From NCBI GenBank assembly GCA_965649765.1, contig OZ287751.1, positions 16,244,001 through 16,308,000 of the forward strand: a DNA stretch of 64,000 nt. The letters run 5' to 3'. This stretch comes from Bispira polyomma. Lineage: Eukaryota. A program made the position numbers and the translations under genes. This document shows positions 39,800-52,258 of the stretch, piece after piece. Each line of letters starts with the position of its first letter. Position 1 is the stretch's first letter. The notes under the pieces were generated by a model. It was not told the origin of the DNA. It worked only from the letters and a program-made list of their open reading frames with translations, and did no database searches.

Positions 39800-40905
39800 C
39801 TGCTATTGACTATTGTATTGTACATTGTAATGCTAGGTATCTCCTAAGGCGCAACATCAGAATCAATAAACTGGTAGAAAAATCAAAATCAAAGCCACAT
39901 CGTCAGGAAGGATGCATGTGCTTCCGGGGAGCGGACTACGGAGGATAGGCAAGCCTAAAGAGATAGCTTTTAAGCTTTCTCCTAAATCCAGAAAGTGTAT
40001 CGAGCAATTTTAGTTTGACTAGAAGGCTGTTCCATAGTGGCGGCAACTGAGAAGGCTCTAGATCCAGCTCTCTTAGTAGGTTTTAAAGAGGAAACAGAAA
40101 GTCGCTTTCCCCTTTTGAGGCTGCTGAAGGAAAGACGAGAAGCAAAATAGTGAGGCTGCTCAAAGATAACAGCGTTAAAGGTGGTTACATGTAGTTAAGG
40201 TATGGAGTGACATCAGTACAGATTCCTAAACGAAAAGATGACTACATAGATAGTTTTGAATGGCCTGCAACTTGTTTACTTGGGACTTGTTTTCTTCCAA
40301 ACAGAAGAGAAATGCAGTAGTCAAGATGGCTACTTACAATAGCATTCACCACAGTAATAGCAGTATCAAGTCACAGATAATTTCTGATTCTTTTAATATC
40401 ACGCACGTGATAGTAACAGGAGCGGCGAATGTTGTTAATGTGAGGATCAAATGAAAAAGCAGGGTCAATAGTGACACCTAAATTTTTGACCTGGTGTTGA
40501 GGTTGGATGTCATTCTGGCCCAGTAGTGTGATTGGAAATAGTGATCTTTGTTCACTGTGTTTCTTGTTGCCAATTAGGATGAATTCAGTTTTATCTGGGT
40601 TTAATTTTAATTTGGAGTTTAATTTCAATTTGAAGTTCCATGCCTGAACTGAGGAGAGGCAATCAGATCAAGGTTGTTTTCAGAGAGAGATAGATTTGAG
40701 AGAAAGATAGATTTCAGTGTCATCAGCATACATGTGATGTTTAACATTGTGATTATTGATGACTGTACTGAGAGGATGTGTATAGAGGGGAAAAACTAGA
40801 GAGCCGAGAACCAACCCCTGAGGTATCCCGAAAGGTAGGTTGAAAGAGGATGAAAAATGGTCACGCACTTTGATTTTTTGGGTTGTAAGATGGCTTCCAG
40901 TATCT
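39800..40905 (-). mobile_element. 5'-truncated, degenerate L2/CR1-group LINE (RT to 3' tail)
   Basis: GIPQG, YADD, LKLNPDKTEFILIG, VKNLGV motifs; tail TTGCGCCTTAG...(ACAAT)n. Confidence 0.9.
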
Positions 40906-42665
40906 AAATTATACTTAAAACACATAATACCCATTTCATAATGGTAAGGGTAAAAGGTAATAGTAAATTTCAAAGTAAAATTTCATGGGTTCAAACTAGG
41001 GGTATGTGTGTATTAAACATTAAGTGTATTAGACCCAGCACTAGCCGTTATGCTTTACCTTACTCGGCAGGCTACAACGGCAGATTTTATAAGCACAATT
41101 GCATTATGCTACAATATAGAACATGTATTCATTCTAACTTAAAAGCTGAATTCAAATCCGCTTATATGCTTTAGTGAAATTGCATTAAAAGAAATAAAAG
41201 GCTAATTACTTGAATTAAGTTTCGAAATACAAACCCTGGATGTACGTGACTCTTACTAATTCCATGACTGATGGTATGATCCAGTTGGCCAAATTCTAAT
41301 AGGACATGAACCTTTTTTATAACAAATACAAGCTAGTTCAGATTACAAAGAACAATAAAAATCTGTGCAAAGCTTGTTTCATTGCAACAATAAGCGCTAA
41401 CGGCTGATAAAGATTTACTGCACATAAATCGACCTTGTTCCTTCAATACTTGTTGTCTGATGGCTTTGACGACCATTGGAGTTTTTAACTTTACAGGCCA
41501 GTACTTAAACAGAGGGGAAAAGTCTCTTTTTTACTGAAATCCTCTGTTCTATATTCTATATAAAAGAAAAATAATAATTTGTGTTTGGTTGATAAAATCC
41601 AACCAAATTGAAGCATAATCCAATGAATTAAGAATCACACTGACAGAAAGTTTGGGAAAGATTGCAAAAAAACACCCCCTCACTTTGTGGTTATTTATAC
41701 CCTGCAAATGCTTGTCCCTATCTATGGTGGCACATTGAGAAGAACTTAAGCCTTTTAGTCTATCATCTGATCAGGCTTTCATCACATCACCACAGTAATC
41801 CACTACTTAAAGTGAATTATGTCCAGCGAAATGCAACCCTGTAAAATGCTACTACAGCACAGAGGAAAACACACTCTGTACCACAAAGACAAGATGTTAT
41901 TCTATCACAAAGTCTATAATGCAGACCATTAATTGTGTTATTTTTTTTCTAGTTCAGCTTTGATCTTTTTGTGTGTCATGGTTTTCAGACTTCTAAAAGA
42001 AACCTATTAAATTTCCTAATTTGGTCCAGATTTAGAACATATACATATGGTTCAAGATACTAACAAACAGCAACACCCATACATTCATTGCCAGACCTTT
42101 TGGATGAAGAGAAGTATCCTCTATATAAAACACCAAAGTTTTGTTTAGAAAATCAAAATATATTTTTCCTTTTTTGACACAGTTCATATAGCTTGATGTA
42201 TAGCTTGATGACCGTTAAAGGCTGTTAAAAATCCCAAGTAGCCATCTAAACAGTTTGTAATCTATTTTCTACACAAAAACAAAATATTTATACCACAGTG
42301 GATTACATGTCACAAGGTCTACATTCCCTACTATATAACAAAGTAGCTCTAACAAACATCCCACCAAAAGTAACATAAACCTGATCATTCCAGGGTGTAG
42401 TCACCGTTAACACCAATTTGATGTCAGAAAAAAGTACGAAACCAAATAAAATAAAAAAATTAATGACAGACAGAATGACACCCCTTCCCCCCCCCCCCCC
42501 CCTAGCGAATTTCATTTCCGTTAGGACAAAAACCGACATAAATTTTGGTTCAATTGGGGTATAACAAATGAAAAGTCCTGGCAACTCCCCTGCATTCACA
42601 AAAGTCGCCTGCCTTGTTCAACTACACAATACAAGATCCATTGTATAGCTTAGAAGCAACCATTT

Positions 42666-42770
42666 CTACTTATGCACAGTTACATGGTACAGGAAGAACT
42701 CCATCTCATGCATATGGTGTGGAGGAATGAAGTGAAATGATATACTGTCACGGCTTAGTCCCTGTGGGCC
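42666..42770 (-). CDS. C1GALT1: C1GALT1-like exon 4 (last)
   Basis: Acceptor TTCATTGAAG, phase 0; GPQGLSRDSISFHFIPPHHMHEMEFFLYHV matches the SFHY...M..LEYL.YHL C-terminus. Confidence 0.85.
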   Translation of the reverse strand, partial: GPQGLSRDSISFHFIPPHHMHEMEFFLYHVTVHK

Positions 42771-43106
42771 CTTCAATGAAAGGTATAGGTAATACATTGA
42801 TGAGTTAATGGTTTTCACATTGAATAGACAAAATATAAAGTGCAATAAGCATATTCTATTCATACTATCAAAGCATAATGCATAATATATTAGTACATAT
42901 TAAGCCCTTTACTACCCATGTGATACCATTTTGATCAATGCATAAGACTAATGATTGGTCCCAAATGTGCCTTTCTAGTTTTATAAATTCAGGTTTTTTG
43001 GGGTCAAATTATGTTTGCTTAGATCAATAGCATCCACTGTAATACCCCTGAGGCATTTTGTACTGCTTATTGCAAATGGCATGTTTTCTATCTTCATATA
43101 CTGTAC

Positions 43107-43225
43107 CTTAGTCCAGAATTGATGTGCCCTAAAATACCAGAGGGGGTTAAATTTGTCTGCTACAGTTTCATGTGGAAGTGTAGCATGGAATAATGGTTTA
43201 CCATGCCCATCATAGGCTTGTCCAG
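43107..43225 (-). CDS. C1GALT1: C1GALT1-like exon 3
   Basis: Strong polypyrimidine acceptor ...TTTTCCTAG, donor GTACAG; AGQAYDGHGKPLFH...WY matches AGDSRD..G...FHP...WY. Confidence 0.85.
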
Positions 43226-43805
43226 CTAGGAAAAGAAAAAAAAAATATTTATATATCATTCATTTGTGGAGTTATTATGCAGTTTCATGATGCAATAAAT
43301 TGGTATCATGCCAAAATACACTTGAAATCGAATATGACATCAGCCCTATAAGGAACTACTGGGAGGTGTGCAAAGATTGAGACATAGACAGATTATTATT
43401 ATAGTACCATCTCTACAGTTTAACAGAACATAGACATAACCAGCATACATAGGCTTATAAGGCAGTTTTTTACTCATAGTACATGGCATATATAAAATAT
43501 AAAACAACAATCCAAAATATACAGAATATATACCTCAATATATATACAGACCACTAGTGCTATTTCAATATTAGAAATTTACGTTTATCATACATAGTTA
43601 CAAAATGATCACAAACATGAGTTATATTTTTTTTCTGCATCAGCCATTTTTACTTTTCTGGATGGCCTAAAACATCAAAGTCTTAATATAATTTATTATT
43701 TTACTCCGTTTATCACAGGAGTTCATTTACAGGAAGGCCTATATTGTTCTGCCTGTCATTGCTGAAAGTTTCACTATTAATGTATGAAAATATTATTGTA
43801 CAGAC

Positions 43806-43921
43806 CCTTAATCCCCAACTGTGTGAAACACAAGGACACATCTAAGTCTTCAATCCCACTTCTGGAAATATTACACCATTGGCTGTTAAAAAGCTGCAAT
43901 GCCCTGTTGCTAACAACATAT
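43806..43921 (-). CDS. C1GALT1: C1GALT1-like exon 2
   Basis: Acceptor TTCCAG, donor GTCTGT; YVVSNRALQLFNSQWCNISRSGIEDLDVSLCFTQLGIK contains YVLS and the xED motif; phases 2 and 1 fit the neighbouring exons. Confidence 0.85.
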
Positions 43922-44217
43922 CTGGAATAGGGTTAGGAAAAAAAAAGAACATACTAATGACTTATTGCTTTTAATTTTACAAAATTTTACAATATGAAAA
44001 CTCTATTATTACTATACTAGTTTTTTGTCCCTCAACAATGCTTTAATTTACAGAGTTGTTTATAGCAAATCGTTGTAAATGTGAATCAGCAACTTTTACA
44101 GAAAAACTATCATCTTTCCATTCTGTGGTTGTATATTGATTAATACAATAGCCGAACACAATATTACAACTGATGGTCCACTTAAAAGTAAACTGCCGTA
44201 TCACCTATACAAAGATT

Positions 44218-44575
44218 TGGTATGGTAAAGAACTCTGTCCCTTGCCATGCACCATCAGTAAATCAAAGCATTGTCAAGGACAGAAAACTCAGACTATATT
44301 ATTACCTGAAGCAGCCCTCTTGTACTACTTTAATACCTATATTTGTAAGAAAATGGTTCAACTTGTCGTCAACAGAGCAAATCAAGAACCAACCAACTTG
44401 GTATAGTAAAGAACTCTGTTCCTCGCCATGCGCCATAAGTAAATCAAAGTATTGTCGACGACAGAAAACTGGGTCTATATTATTACCTGAAGCAGTCCCC
44501 TTGTACTACTTTAATAGCTATGTTTGTAAGATTATGGTTTAACTTGTCGCCACCAGAGCAAACCAAGCCACCAGT
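44218..44575. repeat. About 181-bp tandem duplication of a dispersed-repeat fragment
   Basis: TGGTATRGTAAAGAACTCTGT at 44218 and 44399; AAATCAAAGCATTGTC..GACAGAAAA also occurs inverted at about 53520-53562. Confidence 0.85.
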
Positions 44576-45244
44576 CGAACAAAGTCGTCACCACTTAGTA
44601 AATGAGAATACTAAATGTAAATTATCAAATAATAAACTTGGTAGAGGACACACAATGCAATAATAATCATCTAATAAGCAGCTGTAAGATGACTTTGAAT
44701 AACATAACATAACACATAGTACTTATATAGCGTTTATTACATAGTGTCTCTAAGCGCTGAAATAATAACAATAGCATTATTGAGGCTGTTGCGAGCTATG
44801 TAACAAAACATGAATTCCAAGTTTTCGTTATTATTAATTAGTTATATTTACACTAATAAATAAAACTCTTTATTATTGCAACAAGTAAGACTTTAAGAGT
44901 AACTCGATAACTGCCTGTATAGAATATCTGACACTGAAAGATTAATGACAAATTTTCTTACGTCATTATTACTATTGGAATAGCCATCAATATCCACCAA
45001 GGCTGGAGCTTGTCTGGCATACTAATGAGGATCCAAACCAAATCAACCTTTGAGACTATATCTTTGAGAGATTATATTTACTGGATGTCTTAAAAGAAGG
45101 CACCAACATAAAATGTGGGTAACTTTATCATGCAGGTTCAGGAAACCACTGTTTCCTGGACTTATGATAGCTATTCCTTTTAGGCATTCGGCAACTAGGG
45201 AGTCATAGACATCACTGCAGTACTCTTTTGTAGTGGACAGATCA

Positions 45245-46010
45245 AGCATCACCAAATTTGTGACACAGGTTTGCCAGGCAACGATAGAGTTCCAGGAAGA
45301 ATTTCGGTCCTGCTACACAAGCCCAGTAGACTGGAAGAAGGTTGAGTCTGTCTTCAGAAACACATGGAATGTTCTAAATGCCCTGGGGGCCAAAGATGGG
45401 TAACACATTGCCAAAAAAGTTGTTCCACTCCAAAAAGTGATGCTGGCCTTGGTTGACGCATGATACAGATTCCTTTGGGTGGACCCGGATCTAGCAGGTC
45501 CAGCTCAGATTCCCAGATATTCAGGTCAAAACTAAAGGAGACGATAGAAGATCAGTCCATTAACTTCCCCCTTCTGAAGCCATAAACCCTTTTAGTCGCT
45601 CCTTATTTTATCCTTAGAGATAATGCCTTTGTGCTGAAGACCTGCCCCATGAAAGCCTTCTCCAGACGAGGGATGGACCCGAATAAAAGGATTTACAACT
45701 ACAGGATTTTGAAGGAGAAGGGTGGTAGAGAATTATTTCGGGATCCTAGTACAGAGGTTCAGGGACCTACTCTCTACCATGCAGCAAGAACCACCAGTGG
45801 TAGCCACTATAACCCTAGCCTGTGTCATCCTACACAATATAAGAATCATTATCATAAACCAGGCAATGCAGCACCCGAATCCAGAAGAGGACACACCCAT
45901 CCCACAGGTAGCACTTGTAGGAGATAATAACCCACATGTCAATAGGAATCCTAGCAGGGCAGCCAAGGAACAGAGATAGTGCCTTAACAAAATCACAGAG
46001 TATGACCAAC
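45245..46010 (+). pseudogene. Harbinger DDE transposase (HARBI1-like) remnant
   Basis: WNVLNALGAKDG*HI, LRDNAF, RIYNYR, RVVENYFGILVQRFR, ACVILHN motifs with frameshifts and stops. Confidence 0.88.
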
Positions 46011-46379
46011 CAAAAACTTCCAAAAACAATATTTAAGCTTTTGTTGTTCATACCCCAAAACATTAAAAAGAAAGCCCCCATGACAAGAAGAAAACTTCTC
46101 CACACACAATTTAACTCACGTACACACTAAAAGGGGTTCAACTGTATTATATACCTGCTTGGTGGCGGGGGTTTATGTTTCAAAATGTTTACAATTTATT
46201 TTTATTTAATAATATGTGTGTAGATGGCAAGTAGTTATTTGTGGGGGTAGTTTGCTGCTTGTCATGAGGGTTGTAGTATTTGGAAACTTAAAGGATATGA
46301 GGTAAAACTACACATTGACCCAGAAGTTTAACCTGTTGCTCAACGTTCGAATAGAATTCCATTTTCCATGTGTGAAAAG

Positions 46380-48252
46380 CTGGAAAACATTCTCGTGGGT
46401 TTCTCCATTGGTCATTGTTCCGAAGCCGTCAGGTGACATTTCGGTATGTGTGGATTTGAATTTGAATTTGGATATTTTACGTCCACTCTTGTACCTGTTT
46501 TAGGTTATATTGGTTAGGTTATATATGGAGGAAACATTGCATACAGTCGATCAAGGTTTTGCACTAAAAGCAGCGGCCCACAGTAAGGAACTACCACCTT
46601 TCCCACATAGGCATTGACAGGATTCGAACTCACTGCCTGGCTAATGAAGCTGTGATACGTGAACGTCATCCAATTCCAACGGTGGATGAAACATTACAAA
46701 GAATGAATGACAGTACAGTTTTCAGCAAGATTTATTTTATAGCCAGGTACCAAAAAATAGTCGAATGATTACAACATTCGCCTGTCACCTAGGATTATTC
46801 TGGTATAAACACTTATTTTTTGAAATTGCTTAAGCTCCAGAACTGTACCAAAACAAAATTCAACGAGCAGTGTCCACTTGTGAAGAGGTTGAGAATATAT
46901 CGGATGATTTGGTCAGCCATGGTGAAGATGATTGTGAACATGATGAAAGGTTGATCAAGCTACTGCAAGTGCTTCTTGGAAATCGACTAACAATAAACCC
47001 GGAGAAGTGTCAAAATAGGCTACCACAAATTGAATATGTTGGACACATTCTGGAAGCTAATGGGATATATCGAAGCCAGAAGTCCAGAATCAGCATCAGA
47101 AGTACACAGTTTTATGGGACTTTTAGTAGCAAACTTATTCCCAATTTGTCTACAACTGCTGAACCATTTAAACAATTTATGAGAAAAGTGTGCCTTTTAA
47201 GTGGGGTCAAAACCGGGAATGAGCTTTTCGGAGAGTAAAGCAAGATCTGAGTAGGGCCGAGACAGTGGGATATTATAAAAAAGAGACAGACACTGAAGTT
47301 ATAGTCCATGCAAGTTCAGTTGGCCTTGGAGCCATACTGACTCAAACGCAAAACCATAAAAAAAGAATAATTTGTTATGCAAGCTGCAGTCTCACAAGTA
47401 CAGAGAGACGTTACTCACAAACTGAAAAAGAGGCTCTAACAATTGTATGGGCATGCAAAAGGTTTCACATGTGTTTGTATGGGTTTAAATTCACCATTGT
47501 AACATATCGAAGCCTTGTGCGAGGAGAGAACGCTGGATTTTGAGGCTACGGCCATACGATTATAAAGTTATATACATTCCTAAAAAGGAAATGGTTGCAG
47601 ATGCTCTGTCAAGGTTACTGAATGAGTCATGTGAGCCTCACGAAAATAATATAGGCGAAAAATATGTTAGATTTATTGCAGCAGAAGCCACATTTTTAGC
47701 TTTGACAACTAGGCAAATTGAAAGAATTGGTGGAGATGACGAGACACTTAAAAATCTGGGACAGAGCATTGCAAGTGATTCATGGAAAAATTGTCCAAAA
47801 GAATTTTTATGTGTCAGAAATGAATTATGTGTTGTGGGTAAACTAGTATTGGTGAAATCATAGAATTATCATTCCAAAGTAGCTGAGAAATCAAGTGTTA
47901 CAGTTGGCACATGAAGGTTACAAGGGCATTCTGAAAACCAAAGTAAGGCTAAGATCCAAGGTATGGTGGCCAGGTATGGACAGAGAGGCTGAAAAGTTAT
48001 GCAAATCTTTTCATGGTTGTCAGCTAGTTGTCCAACGTCTTTAATATGTTAGCAACTCAGCACATGTGAGAAAATTTAATGAACCAAAAAGTGGAAACTT
48101 TACAAGTAACACAGATGCAGATAACTCAGAGTCAGATGATAATAATTTTTAGGGTTCTGGATGATAGCAACATCAGAGAACAGAGAACTGTCACAAGAAC
48201 GGGACGGGTTACAAGAATGCCAGCAAAGTTTAAAGATTTTGTGCTTTAGACA
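46380..48252 (+). mobile_element. Gypsy/Ty3 pol fragment (RT-RH-IN zinc finger, IN core deleted), Mag-like; no LTRs seen
   Basis: WVSPLVIVPK..GD..VCVD, RERHPIPT, ISDD, YSQTEKEAL, ADALSR, HEG..GI.KTK.RLRSKVWWPGMD, C-terminal R.PAKFKDFV. Confidence 0.88.
46455..46633 (-). mobile_element. 5'-truncated family 1 SINE (copy E) inserted in the Gypsy RT
   Basis: Interrupts VCVDL / LANEAV; homologous to copy B from the B-box to the tail. Confidence 0.88.
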
Positions 48253-48693
48253 TTTAAAATATAGGGGCAAAATAATCCCCTTGTTGCTTGGATTTCTCGC
48301 CCATCACATTCTTTGCTTGGTAATTCCTCAAATAATTTTTTTTGGGGAAGCAACAGCAGCTTAAAAAAGGACAATGGATGTGTTTATACAAATACATATG
48401 AAAATAAATAAAATTCTCCACACTTTTGAAATTATCAACATTTATATGTCTGAGTCCTATTCTAGTTTGATCAGTGTATGTGTCATGATTTTTAAAATTA
48501 GTTAATAACAGCAACATGTTTGATTTATGGTGACATAATTGTAATTTTAACAAATCTGAAAAAAGGGAGGAATCATAACGTTTATCGGAGTTTAGTAATT
48601 ACTAATGTACTTCCTTTATATATGTAGCTAAACGTTTGATAGCAAATCTGGTCTTTGATTAAATCAATAACAATGTGAGATGATACTACAAGC

Positions 48694-50437
48694 TCAAAAC
48701 AACAAAAGCTTAAATATTGGTTTTGGAAGTTTTGGGTGGCCCGAAAGGGGCCTTTTTGGTTGCTGAGCAGAGGAGTAAAGTGGCTGCTGTCTACTGGTCT
48801 GTTGTTGTGCTGCTGGTGCTGGCCGGTGAAGAAGTATTTGTGGTGGAAGTGGTTGTTTCTGTGTCTGATGAGTGTCTGACTGAGGTGTGAAAGGCTGAGG
48901 AGTGTCAAGGCTCTGGAAGTTGATGTTCCCCGTGGCCAATTCATATCCTCTCACAATTAATGAGACTGATCAGCTGTTAAGGACGTCAGACTCTGATGAG
49001 GGAGGCTGGCAGTACTGAACACCACTGGTGCTGACCATCGAACTTCCAGCTAGGATCTGTGATGCTTGGTGGAGGACATGAATGGACTGCTGTGGCTTGA
49101 TCAGTGAGTGCTGAGGAGACTGTGGTGTCTGTGGTCTAAGCTGTTGCTGGTGGTACACAAGTGTCCTAGTTGCTGTTGCTGCGGGATGAAGGAAAGTAAT
49201 GCCATCTGATAGGAGGTAATAGGCTGTCTTTGAAACTGCAGTGGTTGAAAATGTGGCACCACTGAAGGAAGAAGCCCTCGAATACAGATTGCTGACTAGG
49301 TTTAAAGCTTCTCCTCTAAATTGGGTAAAGTATTGGTCAGGAAGTTTCTCTGTCTCCAGAACCAACCAGTTCAGGAAGGCACCTCTGGGTCCCTCTGTCT
49401 TTGTCTTGGTGGCCTCCTTCAAAAAGCCATCCTCTATACTATCCTCTGTGCAACCAATTCTGTCTCTCAGCTCTGTGGAAAGTTCAGCTTCTGGGGTAGA
49501 GGTTAACGCCCCATGTTTGGAAGACTGTTTGGAGAGCCAGCCAGGCGAAGCAATGGTGATGGAAGACTCCATCTCAGCATCTCCTTGGTCAGTGTCTGAC
49601 TAAGAAACAGCTGGTGTCGGTGAAGGCATTGGAGCTGATCCAGCAGATGCTAATGGACTTAAACCCAGCTGTCTTGAAAACATAATGAATAAAATGTGGC
49701 CTCAAAATGTCCCTTTCGCCCATCTCTGCTGTCAGTCATATCAGAAGGAGCTTGGCCAGACTTGTGGAGACTCAGTTTCTCGTAGTTTTACGCTGTGACT
49801 AGAACTACTTCAGACCCTCATCTATGTCTAATCTCCTGCTGAAGCAGAAAGCGTGTCATAGCATGTCTTTCTTCTTTGTCTTTGTAAAAAGTGTGTCTTT
49901 TGTACAACCACTCATGATCCTTTAAAAGGTACACCATAGCCTGCTTTTGCTTATCTGTAAGTAAAAATGTCCTAATTTTTTCCTTCTGCTTTCTGCTGAT
50001 AGATTCCCTGATTTCTTCTCCTCCACTGCCTATATCCTACTTTTTTCCTTTTCTTTTTAGTGGCATTTTACTATTTTAATTTATCACTCAAACCAAACAC
50101 AAAGATCCTGTCTCAGTATATAATTATATATTTTATTGCCAGTAGATGTATACTCTCTCGATGATGGAAATGAATGTGACTAAAACTACTTCAGACCCTC
50201 ACCTATGTCTAATCTCCTGCTGAAGCAGAAAGCTTGCCATAGCATGTCTTACTTCTTTGTCTTTGTACAAAGTGTGTACAACCACTCATGATCCTTCAAA
50301 AGGTACACCATAGGCTGCTTTTGCTTATCTGTAAGTAAAAATGTCCTAATTTGTTCCTTCTTCTGCTGATAGATTCCCTGATTTCTTCTCCTCCACTGCC
50401 TATATCCTACTTTTTTTCCTTTTCTTTTTTGTGGCAT
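48694..50437 (-). pseudogene. Harbinger accessory Myb/SANT(MADF)-like gene with BESS-like C-terminal motif, disrupted
   Basis: Basic N-terminus MPQKRKGKK, LLKDHEWLY..YKDK helix typical of MADF, AFLNWL..E..KLP...F..F...AL motif, Q/P-rich tail. Confidence 0.7.
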
Positions 50438-50549
50438 TTTACTATTTTAATTTATCACTTAAACAAAACACAAAGACCTGCCTCAGTATATAATAATAGA
50501 TTTTATTGCCAGTAGATGTGTACTCTCTCGATGATGGAAATGAATGTGA
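49794..50549. repeat. About 380-bp tandem duplication
   Basis: TGTGACTARAACTACTTCAGACCCTC at 49794 and 50175; near-identical through GAATGTGA. Confidence 0.95.
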
Positions 50550-51396
50550 ACAAGACTGGCACACCTGCCTTTCATATACTCTGGTAATCTACTCGAATAC
50601 TCGTTTATCAATAAGATTTTGCGCCCGAGTTATTGCTGTCAACCGTGAGTTATCTTTTGTTTCCCTCGAGTTATCTTTGCAAACACGCCTTTGTAACAAC
50701 CTATCTTTTGTCTCTCCAGAGTTATCCTTTCACTTCTGAGTACTCATTGGCACATGACTTGATAACACGGGGGAGAGGGAGGATGCGTCATTCTGACCCC
50801 GACCTATCACTACAGATGAGAAGATAAGCCGGCATGTGTCCAGATGAAATTTATAGGAATTTGGGTCCTGGGAGGGACATAAATAAGTCAATGGATATAA
50901 AGAAACTTCTTGAAAGGTTACCAGTGACCCCGAGTGACAATGACTTATTGGCTGATGATCACCTAATCGTAGAGGTTTTTAAGATCTTGTCGGAGGACCC
51001 CGAGTGTTCCAAATACCAAAGATAAGTCTTACAACCTTAATGACCTTCCCGATTATGTCCCCGAGTATGCTCCGAACACATAATCATAACTGTCAGGGCC
51101 TATGATCGGCATAGTGGAACAGGGGTTTTAAGCATTGTATACCACCAACCCATTGTGGTTACCTGACAAACTTTTCCACACAAAGGAACAAACAGGATTC
51201 AAACCCACATTGGTGAGAGACCAGTGATTGTGTAGTAGCCGCTTCTAACGACTATAGGTTCACCGCAGCCTATTTAGACTGTATCGAAAATGTCAAAATA
51301 AAGTCTTTATTATTCTGCAGTAGCATATATATTTCAAAGAATATTAATTACCCACATTCTACAATATTAAATAATCAAATCAAAAGCAATCCTTAC

Positions 51397-52016
51397 CCTG
51401 CTCCCCCGCTGAAGTAAAGCTGTCCCTGTTTGGATTTCATACTATGGCCATAGTAGACTGCATTCTGTGGTTCCTTGTCCATTAGAAAGTACCGCAAATT
51501 CTCCACTATCACAAAAGTGTCCTCGTCAGCCTTCAGGAACCAATCAAATCTATCCGAGAAATATCGACCCAGATACTTCAGAGCGGCAAACACCTTCGTC
51601 GTCATATTGTAATTATTCCCTGTCTCGGTAATATTGAGTGATATGACGTTCAATATTGGGTGCGTAGTATTGTTGGTGAAATATACAGTGTGGTCACAAC
51701 GTTTTGCCCATGTTGCATGTGCGTGTAGAGCTGTCGTGTCCAGACGTTCGTTTGTAGTAGGAATCCAGCACAGAATCTTTGAAGAGTTTCTAAAAACCAT
51801 GGTAGGACTGTAAGGCTTTCTCAGAACAGGGAAATCAAAGCCTGAAGCTTGTGCAGTATAAATTGTGAGTCTTTTAGTTTCGATATTCATTGTGTCTTGT
51901 TCGATAACACATACTTTATAAGATATACTAATATTATAGATTGCTATACATAAAGTTGTTGCTATTAAAGTTACATATAAATGTATGGTCTTTCTTTTCC
52001 ATTGCATAATCACCAT
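51397..52016 (-). CDS. C1GALT1: Core 1 beta-1,3-galactosyltransferase (GT31, T-synthase)-like, coding exon 1
   Basis: Type II TM anchor, ILCWIPT, TWAKRCD, DWFLKADEDTFVIVENLR, YFSGGAG, donor GG|GTAAGG. The four exons total 960 nt (319 aa). Confidence 0.92.
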
Positions 52017-52044
52017 TTTTGAATGTGTGCATGGAGATGCATTT

Positions 52045-52258
52045 TTTAGATTGAAGTAAGAACTAAAAGTACATGGCCTTAAGTAAATTTAATTAAATAG
52101 CACATGAAATTGATTTAAGATTACATCATTGTTAAATTTGACAGGAAATCACGAAATATTCAGCCAATAAAACTTTTGAATTGAAGTAAGGACTAAAGTA
52201 GAATTACTGAAAGAGCACATGGAATTGATTTGAGATTACATTATTGTAAATTTGACAA
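52045..52258. repeat. Diverged ~130-bp tandem duplication just upstream of the C1GALT1-like ATG
   Basis: TTGAAGTAAG.ACTAAA...GCACATG.AATTGATTT.AGATTACAT.ATTGT.AAATTTGACA occurs twice. Confidence 0.75.

Larger units (their letters stand above)
45245..51128. mobile_element. Degenerate PIF/Harbinger transposon (left end missing) in C1GALT1 intron 1
   Basis: Convergent transposase (+) and Myb/MADF-like gene (-); right TIR ATGATCGGCATAGTGGAACAGGGGTTT followed by TAA. Confidence 0.8.

Noticed and set aside
45043-45255. Candidate C1GALT1 exon 2 (DSLVAECLKG)
   Set aside because: The better exon 2 with YVVS/ED motifs and matching phases is at 43806-43921
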